Shown here: piece after piece, positions 1 to 12,300 of the stretch | How the letters are laid out: every line of letters begins with the position of its first letter | How positions within the stretch are numbered: the stretch's first letter is position 1 | Assembly (NCBI GenBank): GCA_963514005.1 | Contig: OY740821.1 | Span: 14,942,001-15,006,000 of the forward strand | Length of the DNA: 64,000 nucleotides | Direction of reading: 5' to 3' | From: Raja brachyura | Taxonomy: Eukaryota | Made by a program: the position numbers and the translations under genes | Notes under the pieces: generated by a model | The model's input: only the letters and a program-made list of their open reading frames with translations | Told to the model about the DNA's origin: nothing | Databases searched by the model: none

Positions 1-447
1 CAAAGGATTCCACACTTTGTGTGGATAGAAAATCAGCTTGGATCTTGTGTCAGCTTGGATTTACATTCTAAAACCAATGATGTCTAGGTTCCCTGTGCCT
101 GTGCAATATTAGGAATCTTGCATAAGTATGATTTGCAAATGTCAAATTAGAAAAGTCGGCGTCAGTTTTGTCAGCATGCTTAGCCACGTAGGCAATGCAC
201 CCGTCCTGGGTTATTTCTTCCTGTTATATCATATTTATAGGAATATACTGTCACTTTGTGATCTTTTGCTGTGTTTGGAGGCAACGATTTTTTTTAGTTA
301 TCGCTGCATGACTGTATTGCACTATCCCATTTCCACATTGGTGAGGGAGCACGTTGTCCTTTCCCCTTTAACGGTAGATGGAGATTGATCTTGGCAGCAA
401 TGAGGGATACTTTTCTGAAGCCTATCTTTTTCTTTTATTTAAACCAG

Positions 448-594
448 AAGGATGACATCATTATTGACCGTCTGGGTGTGTGCACAGAAGAAGGTAAAAA
501 AGTATTGCGGAATGGCGGACAGAATTTTACTGCAGTATTCCGACGAATTGATGGGAAAAACATGAAGCTGACAAATGAAGGGAAAAAGTCCTGA
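448..594 (+). CDS. METTL1: tRNA (guanine-N7)-methyltransferase, last coding exon (gene starts upstream of the window)
   Basis: After a polypyrimidine tract and CAG acceptor (445-447) it reads KDDIIIDRLGVCTEEGKKVLRNGGQNFTAVFRRIDG..., matching the conserved METTL1/Trm8 C-terminal TEEGKKVLRNGG-NF-A-FRRI motif. TGA ends at 594; AATAAA at 755-760. METTL1 is a known neighbour of CYP27B1. Confidence 0.92.
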   Translation, partial: KDDIIIDRLGVCTEEGKKVLRNGGQNFTAVFRRIDGKNMKLTNEGKKS

Positions 595-1022
595 GGAGAG
601 CACTTCTTGCCTTGATTTTACAAAGACAGTTGAAAGGCGCGTTGCTCAGTTGGACAATACTGGGTGCCTTGTTTTAGCCTCAGCCACTGGGACACTGCAG
701 CCACCGGTGAAGAATGCGCCACCTCTTTTTTACCAAAAGCATAAAGCGAGACAAAATAAATCTGAGCAAGTGTTAGTAACTATCACTGCGTGGTGGGTAG
801 GTGTTTTGCTGTGCCAACAGAAGCATTGGAAATCTGTCTGCTTGTGCCATTTGTGAGATGTTCTATTTTATCCTTCAGTAAAAAGTGAGGAACACATCAT
901 TATAATCACTCCTGTAGGAAATCCCGCTGAACAGTTTGCATCGCGAGTTATCACCATGGCTGTTTATTCTAGCAAGTTTGCATTGTTGCTGTGAGATTTG
1001 TGTGCAAACATGTTAGTTCAGA

Positions 1023-1168
1023 AATAGACACAAAAAGCTCTGAAGAAAGGTCTCGACCCGAAACGTCACCCATTTCTTCTCTCCAGAAATGCTGCATGTC
1101 ACGCTGAGTTACTCCAGCTTTTTGTGTCTTGTCTTCGGTTTAAACCAACATCTGCAGTTGCTTCTTAC
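1023..1168 (+). mobile_element. Short Penelope-derived element with hammerhead-like motif
   Basis: CTGAAGA-AAGGTCTCGACCC-GAAACGTC at 1040-1067; short inverted 5' piece; flanked by a 15-bp direct repeat ACATGTTAGTTCAGA (1008-1022, 1169-1183). Same sequence family as the 3' end of the Penelope copy at 63893-63990. Confidence 0.8.
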
Positions 1169-2081
1169 ACATGTTAGTTCAGAGACTTGCTTATACCCTA
1201 GCTTCTCGCACTGCTACAGAGACCACACTTCAGAAATAATTTAGCAGCTTTGGAGCATCTTGCAGTCATAAATAGTGATGCCTTTCTCTCTGCACCTAAG
1301 GGAATTTATCACACAGGCTCCAGGCTATGTTACTGTCCTAAATAATTTTGCCCTTTTTAACATAACTGTCTTGTGTGCCATCTACGATCTGTTATGGGAT
1401 CAACCAAGGCGAAAAGGTTGTGGGTTCAAATCCTATTTCAGACAACGAGCACAAAATCCAGGCTGGCTCTGTAGTGTGGAACAGAGTGATGCACTGTTGG
1501 AGGTTGCAAATGGTGATGTCTATAATCTAAATACAAATCCTCTGGCACCAAGGAGCATTATGCCACTGTGCTGGCCAACTTTCCTCCCTCTGCATTTGCA
1601 AAAAAAATGGATCATTGCTATCCATTTTGTTTGCCATTCATGGGATCTTGCAGTGCATAAGTGAACAGCTGCTTGTGCATATGCAACATTAACAGCATTT
1701 TGGATTTTAATTATGTTGCATTTTGCACCATCTTGAGGATGTAATGAGAAATTTCTTCATTTGTTTTTCCTTTCAACTTTATCTTTTATCTGAAAATTGT
1801 ATTAAAATTGACAGATCTTTTAGGAATAGCTATTTTTGAAACCAAATTTATCATCATGTGGCCTTCAATCTTAATCCAAGTCAAAATATATTTTATTCAT
1901 TATTCTCATTGGTTTCATTGAACAATTTTTGTATAAGCCAGGGTAGTCTTCCAGCACAGAGGCAGGCTGGAGAGACACGAGACAGAAGATGCTGGAATCT
2001 TGAGCAAAAAAATAAACTGCTGGAGGGGTAATCTTCTGTCTACTCACAGAAATTGGTCGTTCAGCCCACTGTGCCTATGCT

Positions 2082-2383
2082 TCTTCGTCTGTCGTATGTC
2101 GTATTTTAGACCTGCAGCTCCGTTGAGGCGAGCCAGGCCAACGTGTCATCGTCCAGGTCAATCAGACCTCGTTCACCATTCGGTGTTTGGGGCAACTGGT
2201 GACTATGTGCTCCACTGTCTGTGTTGGGTCCCCACACTCGCAGGAGGCGTTGTCCACGAGGCCCCACCTCTTCATCGCTACTCCATAATTTCCGATGCCT
2301 ATCCTCAAGTGGTTGAGGGTTGTCCACTGCTTTTGGGGCATGTCCTGGCCAGGGACGTACATGGGGTCATTGATGTACTGGTG
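2082..2383 (-). mobile_element. 5'-truncated non-LTR retrotransposon (Ingi/Vingi-like) 3' end, nested in a CR1 fragment
   Basis: Minus-strand peptide WTTLNHLRIGIG...KRWGLVDNASCECGDPTQTVEHIVTSCPKHR with a C-terminal CCHC knuckle; tail ...ATACGACATACGACAGACGAAGAAG; 12-bp TSD TGTGCCTATGCT at 2070-2081 and 2384-2395. Confidence 0.7.
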
Positions 2384-2395
2384 TGTGCCTATGCT

Positions 2396-2875
2396 GACCA
2401 TCAAATACCCATCTATACTGCCCCCATTTACCAGCACTTCTTCCTGAGCCTTCTTTGCCTTGGTGATTCAAGTTCTCATGTAAATACTTCAATGTTGTTG
2501 GTCTCTGCTTCCATCATCCCCTCGGACAGTTACATTCCCAATTCCAAACATCCTTTGGATGAAAAAAAGTCATTCCTTGGGTCCTGGCCTCTCATCTAAA
2601 ACTGAAAGTATCTGATTTTGGACACCTCAGTTATAGGGAATGGTTTCATATCAGCTATCTTATTTATACCCCTCATAAATTTGTACACTGCCATCAGGTC
2701 CCACCTCTGCCTCCTCCACTCCAAGGAACATGAGCCCAGCCTTCACAGTCTCTCTTCTTAACTGAAGTGCTCTATCTCAGGCAACATCCTGATGAATGTC
2801 CTCTGCACTCTTCTAGTGCAGCCACATTGTTCCTATAGTGTGGTGACCAAAACTGTGCACTGTCCTTCAACTGCC
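2396..2875 (-). mobile_element. Degraded CR1-type LINE 3' fragment
   Basis: Resembles the other CR1 3' fragments in the window (e.g. 27845-28255, 51330-51722); no intact ORF. Confidence 0.55.
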
Positions 2876-5550
2876 TCAGGTACACGTTGACACCAGTCAT
2901 AGGTCAAGTTTACTATTCTATCTTAGGCACTGATTCTTTGGCCATTTGTATTGAAATTGCTTTGGTTTCAGACAGGTGGGTTGGTAACTACAGCTCAAGG
3001 CTTGTAAAAGGACAATAATTAACCGAAAGGTTCATCATACGAGTTAAGGCTCTAAATACCGAAATGCATACATGGCCTTTTGACCCAGAATATTGAGATT
3101 AGATAAGGATTCTTTTGGGGTTAATTGAATATTTTGTAGGCTTGTTCATGTCCTTACAAATTTATAAAAAATACTTTAAAAATAAATATCTTGAATTTGT
3201 CCCAGGTTAGCAGACACCCTTCCATTTTCTGTTTATTTTTGCTTATATCTTTGAGTTATGAAGCTGTTTGGATGGAATTAGAACATTTATGAAATACAAT
3301 TCAGAATTTAAAAACTACAGGTTCCTAACCATAGATTGGGTGTCTTCAGAAAAAGCTTTCAGTTTCCGACCACCAAAGGTACTGCTGCTATTGGTATAAA
3401 ATTATTGTCTTGTGTAAGATAATTGTTCTGAGGTATTTTTGCAGTCAGTGGCTTGACCTATGTGGTCACCAGGATTACAGTGCAGGATTGACATCTATTG
3501 ATCTTGTTGGGTTATGTTTGCATGTAAAACTAAACCTAAATGGAAAGCTTTGCCCTGGTGATCTGCCCAGCTTGGAACAATTAAATGAGCAGAGATATCG
3601 AGAATGTACTAAGTATTTGCTCAGGACTCTGTGTCACTTGGCTAGAGTTGATGGTCATCCTCTGATAGAAGGTCCAAATCTGTAGTGTCCAGTGTGTGAT
3701 CTCAAAACATTATGCAAAAGAAAACAAAATCATGTCACTGAACACACTGTTCCTTATAATTCATTCGGTGTATTGAAAACAAATAATGGGTTTGGGAATT
3801 GATTCAATATTAAAATTGTACACCACCTGGTTTTGTAATTCTTATTGACCTTTCCAGTGGAGTGACATTTATGTTATTGAAGTAGTCATTCTATTTAACA
3901 ACCGTTGACATAACAGCGTTAAAAGCTAACCGTTTTTAAATACGGGAATGTAGCTGTGCTTGGAACCTAGAAAATCAACAAAGATTTTTAAATCAGTTGA
4001 ATTATTGAAATGAAAATAGTCCCCTAACCATTAATGAATGTTATGTTGATTGATTTTTGAGAACCTTGCCACAAAAATTACATTGTAAATAGCGATTGTC
4101 AATGACGGCTTCCATGAAATGTAAATATGGCTGGAACTTGCCTGGATGTGTGTAAATGCAACAACTCCAGAGAAGCTTAGCACTGCACCATCCAGGATAA
4201 TGTGGTCCACTTGACACCCCATCCACCAGTGGTGCATAGGGCCAGTACGTTTCTCATCTGACCCAGCCAGAGGAATAAGAGCATCTGATGCAAGCGAACA
4301 CCACCACATGCAGGTTCCCCTCCAAGTCACATACCAGCCCTACTTGGAAATGTCGCCATTCCTTTCTTGTTGCTGGGTCTAAATGTTGGTGCTTTCTGCT
4401 TAATAGCACAGTGGAAATAAAGTTGTTTAAAAAGTCAAACTACAGGTGCTCTAAATCTGATATCAAAACAGAAGCTAATGGAAAAGCCCGTCGGAGAGTA
4501 GCTGTGGAATGAAATAACTAAGGTTTCAGGTCCCAATTCTGACCAAGGTCTCTACCTGAACTGTTTCTCCACTGCCACTTCGCAACCTGCCTCATGTTTC
4601 CAGCATTTCCTGTTTTTATTAACATGGTGAGAACTCCTTCACCAGTGGTTCGAGCAGCGTACTCGCCACTACCTTTATAAGGGGAATTAGGAAATAAAAA
4701 AAACGCACTGATTTTTCATGATGGAGGGCGATAGACGTGCCCCCACCCTCCTCCTCTTCTCCCCAACCAAAATATAAACAGGTGAAATCTGAACCTTGGA
4801 CTGGACCCTTTCAAGATCTGTGCAGAATCATCTTTTTTTTTAAATAACTCATAAATTTCTTCATTTGGTGATTTGGAAATCAGGTACAGAATGTCACGAA
4901 AGGGGATTCTGTTGTAATATGTGTACTGCTCCGCACAGGACATTATGCCGCTGCGTGTTGCAAGACATTGTAATCGAATGCATTTTTCTTGTAGTTTTCC
5001 ATTTGTAACGTTGCCCCATCACTAGGTGCTTTTGTGTACCCTGACAAAAGGACAGTGCGAGTCACCGAGAGCTCTGACTGTGAGTGGGGGTTGTTGGTTA
5101 CGAGGTCATGACACCTCGCATCAGTATAACTTCGGTTTTCAAAATGCATCTGTTTCCAACTTAAAGCAGGGAAATATTAATATGAAAATCAACAACTGAC
5201 CAAAACTCTGCAAATTTACTGTATTAAACATTGGCGTTACCCGTGAACTTCCCAGTCCTCTTACGGACGAGGGATGGAGAAATGACCAACACATTCCAAA
5301 ACCTTCACAAGAAGGACATTTTCTTATATAGGGCCAAATCTGGGTGAAATCGGGAACTGGAACCCTAACTTCGATGAAGGTATAAGACCATACATGTTCA
5401 ATATATTTATAAATTAACCGGTCTTAAATAACATAAAATAATGTCAACTAGCCTGCAGTGGTTGAAGCGAGTGTTGGGGTGTCAAATCTTCTGCTCGTAG
5501 ATTTTATATGGGTCCTAAGAGATACCGTGGGCCATCTCTTAAAAAGGAAT

Positions 5551-5822
5551 GGGCGGCACAGAGCTGCTGCCTCACAGCGTCAGAGACCCGGGTTCGATCC
5601 TGGTGCTGTCTGTGTGGAGTGTTGCATGTTCTCCCAGTGACCGTGTAGGTTTTCTTCGGGAGCTCCGATTTCATCCCACACCCCAAAGTCCTGCGTGTTT
5701 GTAGGTTAATTGGCTTCGGTAAATTGACCCGAGTGTGTAGGGAGTGGATGAGAAAATCGGATAGCATAGAACTAGTGTGTGAACTCCATGGGCCGAAGGT
5801 TTTTTTTCCGTGTTGTTTTTCT
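5551..5822 (+). mobile_element. tRNA-derived SINE (HE1/V-SINE-like)
   Basis: tRNA-like head with B box GGTTCGATCC, central GTGTGGAGT-TGCATGTTCTCCC..GTGACC segment; related copies at 10752-11020, 29145-29375 and 54120-54400. Confidence 0.75.
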
Positions 5823-6154
5823 TAAGTACTAAGAATGAGACACAGAGTGCTGGAGTAACTCAGCCGGTCAGGCAGCATCGGGAGAACATGGATAGGCAAC
5901 GTTTCGGGTCGGGATCTGTTTCAATGTATTTATAAAATCGACTGGTCTTAAATACTATAAAGCAATATCCCTCTTCACGCTCAAATAAATAAATACAAAT
6001 ACGCTGTCAGTTTTTAAATGTGACCATGTTTAAAAATAACAGACACGCAGCCATTTCATATTTTATTTACTCCCGCTACCATGAGCTATCAATCTCGCTC
6101 CGATGTCTGGAGTCATGAAATATCTGGCGCCGAACAACAGAAGCCGCGTGTCGT

Positions 6155-6295
6155 CTTGATTGGTTCGACCGCTTATTACTATTTATAGTAGGAAAGATAC
6201 ATCGGCAGCTCAGCTCCTGATCGGTCAATTTACCGAGCCCCCTCCCCTCTCGCCATCAACCTCGGTTGACAGCCACTGCTGCATCAATATAAACC
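6155..6295 (+). promoter_or_regulatory. Putative CYP27B1 core promoter
   Basis: Inverted CCAAT (ATTGG 6159-6163) and TATAAA (6288-6293) about 55 nt upstream of the ATG, in a locally CpG-enriched stretch. Confidence 0.45.
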
Positions 6296-6345
6296 CAGCA
6301 GAATGAAGGCGAGGATGATTGCACTGTTTTAACAGGGTACCTGCG

Positions 6346-9300
6346 ATGTCTTTATTTCTAAAGCTAGCTAACCGCTTCCCTGTGTGCGGCAGGTATGTTG
6401 CAGGGATGCTGGCGAAGCCAGTTCTGGCCAAGAGTCCGACAACTCTTGCTGACATGCCGGGTCCTAGCGCTGTCCGCTTTGCCTACGATCTCTTCTTCAA
6501 TAAAGGGATTTCCAGGTTACATGAGCTGCAGGTAAGAACAACTTGTTCTAACATCATTAAAAACACATCCAGACTGATGTTTGAGTGTTGCCTGACTTTC
6601 TGGGTATTTCCAGCACATTTTACTTTTATTTCGGAATTCCAGTATTTTGCTTCTAATATTTTGCTGTCCCTGTTTAATTAGAGGTTCCTCTCAGGATATC
6701 AGAGTCTTGACTGAATTATTGGTTCATAGTGCTACTTGCTAACTGTACTCAGAATCACACAGCACAACAAAGGAGAAGGCTATTTGGCCCATTAACCCTG
6801 AGCCAGCTCTGCGAAAGCTCTCCATTGGCTCCACTCACTCCACAGCCTGGCACATTGCCCTTTCTACTGTTTCCGTGATTTACCCCTTCCTATTGTAAGC
6901 ATCTCTAAATTATCTCTCCTATAATCTGTTTAAAATAAAAATATTCACAAGTATTAACTATTTTTTATTAATTTGGGTAATAGCCCTGCCCATCCCCAAC
7001 AGAAGCGCGTGGTAAGCTGCCTACTTGTCCCACTGAAAATGATCCCAAGGTGTTGTTGGCTCAGAAATCCCTATGTTAAAGAAAAGGACTAGAAACATAG
7101 ATAACGTCGAAAAATAGGTGCAGGAGTAAGCCACCTGTCCCTTCGAGCCAGCACCGCCATTCAATATGATCATAGCTCATCATCTAAAGTCAGTACCCTG
7201 TTTCTGCTTTTTCCCCATATCCCTTAATTCCTCTTGCCCGAAGAACTAAATCTAACTCTAACTCTATTTTGAACTCTCTCTCTAGACTACAGTCTAGAGT
7301 TGTGGTGCCACTGGAGGGTTGGGCCTGTGTAACTGCCTCTCTATGCTTCACTAGTGCAATGTCTTAAGGAGGAAACATGGGTGGCATTAACTAGAGTCAT
7401 ACTGCACGGAAACATGCGTTTGGCCCATATCCCTCTAAAACGTTCCTATCGTACACCTGTCGAAATGTCTTTTAAATGTTGTTATAGTGCCTGCTTCAAC
7501 GACCTCTGGCAAGCTCGTTCCATGTACTCACCACCTTCTGTGTGAAAAAGTTACCCTTATTCTTGTTGTAAGAGATTTGATTGAATTGCTGGTACAATTG
7601 ACATAAATATATTATGAATAAAGACCCTTCTGCAAACAAAAGTCTCAAAAGGCCAGCAACCTCTCACCTCAACGAATGTCAATCTGTTTTCTTTTTTAAA
7701 TAAGTCAATCAATGCCCAGTCGGCTGCAGACTCTGGGACGCATGGATCTGCAGGTTGGGGGATGATTTTAAGGAAATAGACCCTGTTGTGCTGTTGGTTG
7801 GTTGGCTTTGGACCCTCTTTTGAAATGGCCTTCTTCAAGCTCCTCTGACTCAGGCTGAACTGGGGAACTGAAGGGTTAAACGGTCACCATATTAACATCC
7901 TCGGCCACATTCCCATCTGAAGAAGTGTCCTAACCCAAAACTTCTGAGGAAGGAGGTGCTGGCATTGGGAGGGTCCAGAGGAGGTTTAGAGAATGATCCC
8001 AGGGATGATTGGGTTAACATATCAGAAGCATTTGATGGCTCTGGGCATGTACTCACAGATGTTTAGAAGGATGAGGGGGATCGCATTGAAATCTAATAAA
8101 TAATGAAAGGCCTGGAAAGAGTGGATGTTTCCAGTGTTGGGGAGTCTAGGACAAGAGGGCACGGCCTCAGAATAAAAGGACATACCTTTCTAGGGAGATG
8201 AGGAATTTCTTTAGCCAGAAGGTGAATCTGTGAAATTCATTGCCACTGACGTCTGTGGAGTCCGAGACATTGGGTATTTTTAAAGTGGAGATTGATAAGT
8301 TCTTGATCAATACGGGTGTCAAAGGTTACGGGGAGAATGGGTTTGAGAGGGAAAAATAGATCAGCCATGATCAAATGGTGGAGCAGATACGATGGGTAGA
8401 ATCGCTTAATTCTGCATCTGTGTTATGGTCACCTAACCACGTTCTCCAGAGATGCTGCCTGACCCACTGAGTTGCTCCAGCACTTTGTGTCTTATTTTGT
8501 AAACCAGCATCTGCAGTGCCTTGATTCTCTCTTCTTCATCCTCCCTCTTGTTTAACAGCTTGAGGGCAAGGCGAAGTACGGGCCAGTGTGGAAGGCCCGT
8601 TTTGGTCCTATCCTCACCGTACACATTGCAGATCCGGCGTTAATCGAACAAGTCTTGCGGCAGGAGGGCCAGCACCCAATCCGATCGGATTTGTCGTCTT
8701 GGAAAGATTACAGGCAGCACCGAGGACACGCGTACGGGCTCCTCACTGCGTGAGTAGATCACCGTGGCTGGGTGTCTCTGCACCTGCTCAGGGGAGGGGT
8801 TAGATTCCAGGCCTGCCCCCCTGCCTCAGACTCCTCAGCACAAATGGAAGCGTGGGTGTTGGAGTGCTCCTGATACCCCGGCAAACAATCTGCAGCAAAA
8901 AACAAAAATGCCATAAACACTCAGCAGGTCAGGCAGCATCCTTAGAGAAAGAAAGATAGTTAATGTTGTAGATTGATAATGTTAACTCTTCCTCCATGGA
9001 TGTTGCCGGGCTGCCCAGTAATTCCAGCTTTTTTGGCTTTGTTTCAGATTTCCAACATCCGCTAGGTTTTTTTAATTTTTGGGGTCGTGTACAAATAGAC
9101 AATGTGTTTTATTTTTTCCTTTAGGGGTTAGCCAGACGTTTCTAAAGGGAGAATATTAAAGCGAGCGACTGGAGCAGATCAGAGAGGATCATATTGAAAG
9201 GTGGAGCAGGCATGAGGGGCTGAGTGGCCTAGTCCAGTCACTGCACAATGCAGTCAATTGGTACCCAGACCTGCGGATGGCAGTGCCAGTGAGTGTACAT

Positions 9301-12300
9301 GACGGTTCTCCCACCTGAACTCAGAGTCTTTATTTCTTGCAGCGAGGGCGAGGAGTGGCAGGAACTCCGCAGCACGCTCAGCAAGCACATGCTGAAGCCC
9401 AAGCAAGTGGCGGCGTACGACGGTGTCCTTAACAATGTCATTACTGACCTGGTCCTTCGCCTGCGTCAGCAGAGGGCAAGCAGCAGCCGCCTCCTGGTTA
9501 GGGACTTGGCTGGCGAGTTCTACAAGTTTGGATTGGAAGGTGAGGGATAAAGAATCAGCGGCTTCTTCCCACTCCACCTTCAAACCCTGCTCCAGCCCAG
9601 ATGAATGGTCTTGGATCTCAAGCGTTCTCTCTGTTTCCCTCTCTGTGGGTGCTGTCCGACCTGCTGTGTATTTCTAGCACTCTGATTTGATTTCAGATTT
9701 CCAGCATCTGCAGCAATTTTCTTCATCAATTCACTCCAACCTTTCTTGCCCTGGGGGAGATGGTATCTTAATCCAAGTGGGAATCTCGGAGGATGAGCCT
9801 GTTTTGTTTTTGCATGCTCTCCCTTGAACTACAGCAGAGTGTTCAAATTCCCTGCCATGACAGCAGAATTGGTAGGGGCAGCCGATGATGCCCTTGTCCC
9901 GGTCTCCCATGGGGTATCCCGACCACCCCTCCCAGTGCCCGGCAGGGCGGCGTTATTGTCCCACTATGCTGAGCCCCAAGATCAACACTCTCTGATTTTA
10001 TGTCCTCCTCTGAACCCCTCCCTAGCCATCACCACCAAAGCAGCCAGCCAGGTCTCGGTGGTACTACTGCCCGTGGGATCTTGTTATGCATGCTGGCGGC
10101 CATGGGTCATTCATTACAGCGCCGTGGCTGCATGACACGAGGTGCAAATCTCTTTGGGACATCCCAAGCTTGTGAGAGATGCAGAAGAAGTGGGGGTGAG
10201 GTCCCTCGCTATGGCCTGATGTAAGCTCTCAGTGAAGAGGCCCTGAGAGCAGCTTACCAAGACCACACTCCTGAAACTGGAGTAAGATGAAAGGACCTTC
10301 TAACGCTTTAGGTTAAATTCAGAAAGAACCACACGACTTGTATGTTAATTCACGGCCCACTCTTCCTAGGTATCTCCGCGGTGCTCTTTGAGACCCGGAT
10401 TGGCTGCCTCAAAACGGACGTTCCCAAAGAAACAGAAGACTTTATCCAGTCAATTAACACCATGTTCCAAATGACGCTCCTCACCATGGCCATGCCCAAG
10501 TTCCTGCACAAAATCTACCCGGGACCCTGGCAGAGATTTGTCGCCTGCTGGGATTACATGTTCGCCTTTGGTGAGGAGTTTGTGTTGTCAATATGTTGAG
10601 GCTGAGGGATTGAAGCAGGAATGTTGTCTGAGTGAGGTTCTCTTTGTCGGTGGTAGAGACCGATGAGAGCGAAAAGAGAGAGAGACGTAAAGATACAGGG
10701 AACTGCAGATGCTGGAATCTTAAACAAACCATTAAATATTGGATGAGCTCTTTAGACTTCAGAGATTCAACGCGGAAACAGGCCCTTTGGCCGACTAAGT
10801 CTGCACCGACCAGCAATCCCTGTACACTAATACTATCCTACACACACAACGGACAATTTACAATTTAACCAAAGCCAATTAACCTGCAAACCTGTACGTC
10901 TTTGGAGTGTAGGGGGAAACCAGAGCACCCTACTCCATACAGACAGCACCCATAGTCAGGATCAAACCCGGGCCTCTGGCGTACTAAGGCAGCAACTCTA
11001 CAGCTGTGCCACCGTGCCGCTCACAGTAATCCTAGTGTGAAACATTTGCTGCATCTCTGGAGAACATGCATAAGTGACGTTTTGGGTCGAGACCCTTCTT
11101 CCTGGGATTGACTCTGCGATGTTAGGGTTGAGCAATAAATGTTGGTGTTACCAGCGATGCCCACATCCTGAAAAATATGAAAAAATGAATACATTTATAA
11201 ACTGCAGAGACTCCCCCAGCTTGTGTGAAGTGGCAATTGGGGAGGCGATGCAGTTGGATGTTTCTCCCCAAAACTTACAATGCCTTCACTGTGCAGCCAA
11301 AGGACACATCGATAGGAGGATGGTTGAAGTTCAACACAAGTTAGCAAGAAGCCAACCAGTCGAGGGAACGTACCTGACCTACTTCCTTTCCACCCAGAAG
11401 CTCCCGATGAGAGCCATTTATGGAAATGTCACCGAGTTGCTGCTGGCTGGTGTGGACACTGTAAGTGCAAGTGACTAGTTGCTTACATGAGCTTCAGGTT
11501 CTATCATCGGTAGCGAGGTGGGGGTGCAAAGTTGCAAATTGGGCAGGACCTGTGGGTCACACCCACACACCTACCCAGGGTTTCAAAGACGTGTATTTCT
11601 ACTGCAACTTTCTTGTCCCTCTCAGAACGTTTCAAAGTGCTTCACTGCCAGTGGCGTACTTCCGAAGTGTTGTCACTGTTGTGATTTAAGAACCAAAGAA
11701 AGCCAATATATGCACAGCAGGCTTCCACAAACCTGTGATAACGTGAAAAAGTGATAACGATTATGTAGTTTATGTTTGAAGAGATGTCGTTTGAGGGATA
11801 AATACTGAGCACAATTACCCTTCTTTTCAAAATATTAGGATTTTTCACATTCATGTATAAGTGCAGACAGGGCCTTAGTTTAAGATTAGGTACAGGCAGT
11901 GAACTTCTGACAATGTAGCACTCCTTCGACACCACGCCCCTCTAATAGTGTGGCACTCCCTTGACATTGTCCCCCTGTGACAGTGCAGCACATCACCCCT
12001 TCCACCTCCCAAAATGTGGCACTCCCTGAAAGTGCAACGTACCTCTCTTGGACAGCACACTACTCATTTCCCCTTTGACAATGCAGGGGGAACGTGGAAA
12101 CTCCTCGCAGAGAACACCAGAGGCTGGAATTGAACTGGGATTGCTGGAACTGGGAGGCAGCAGTGCGATCAGCTGCACCACTGTGCCCCCACCCCCCCCC
12201 CCTCTCCCCAGTTAAAATACTGACAGTGTTTTACCAGCTGGCCAACCTTATCTTCAGTGCTAGCCCTGATTTGATCTGTGTTCCCTCTCTCATTTTGGAT

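Noticed and set aside
5551-5610. tRNA gene
   Set aside because: The B box belongs to a SINE head; no cloverleaf can be formed.
11905-12085. Repeat array considered as CRISPR-like
   Set aside because: Units are degenerate with no unique spacers or cas genes; vertebrate context.
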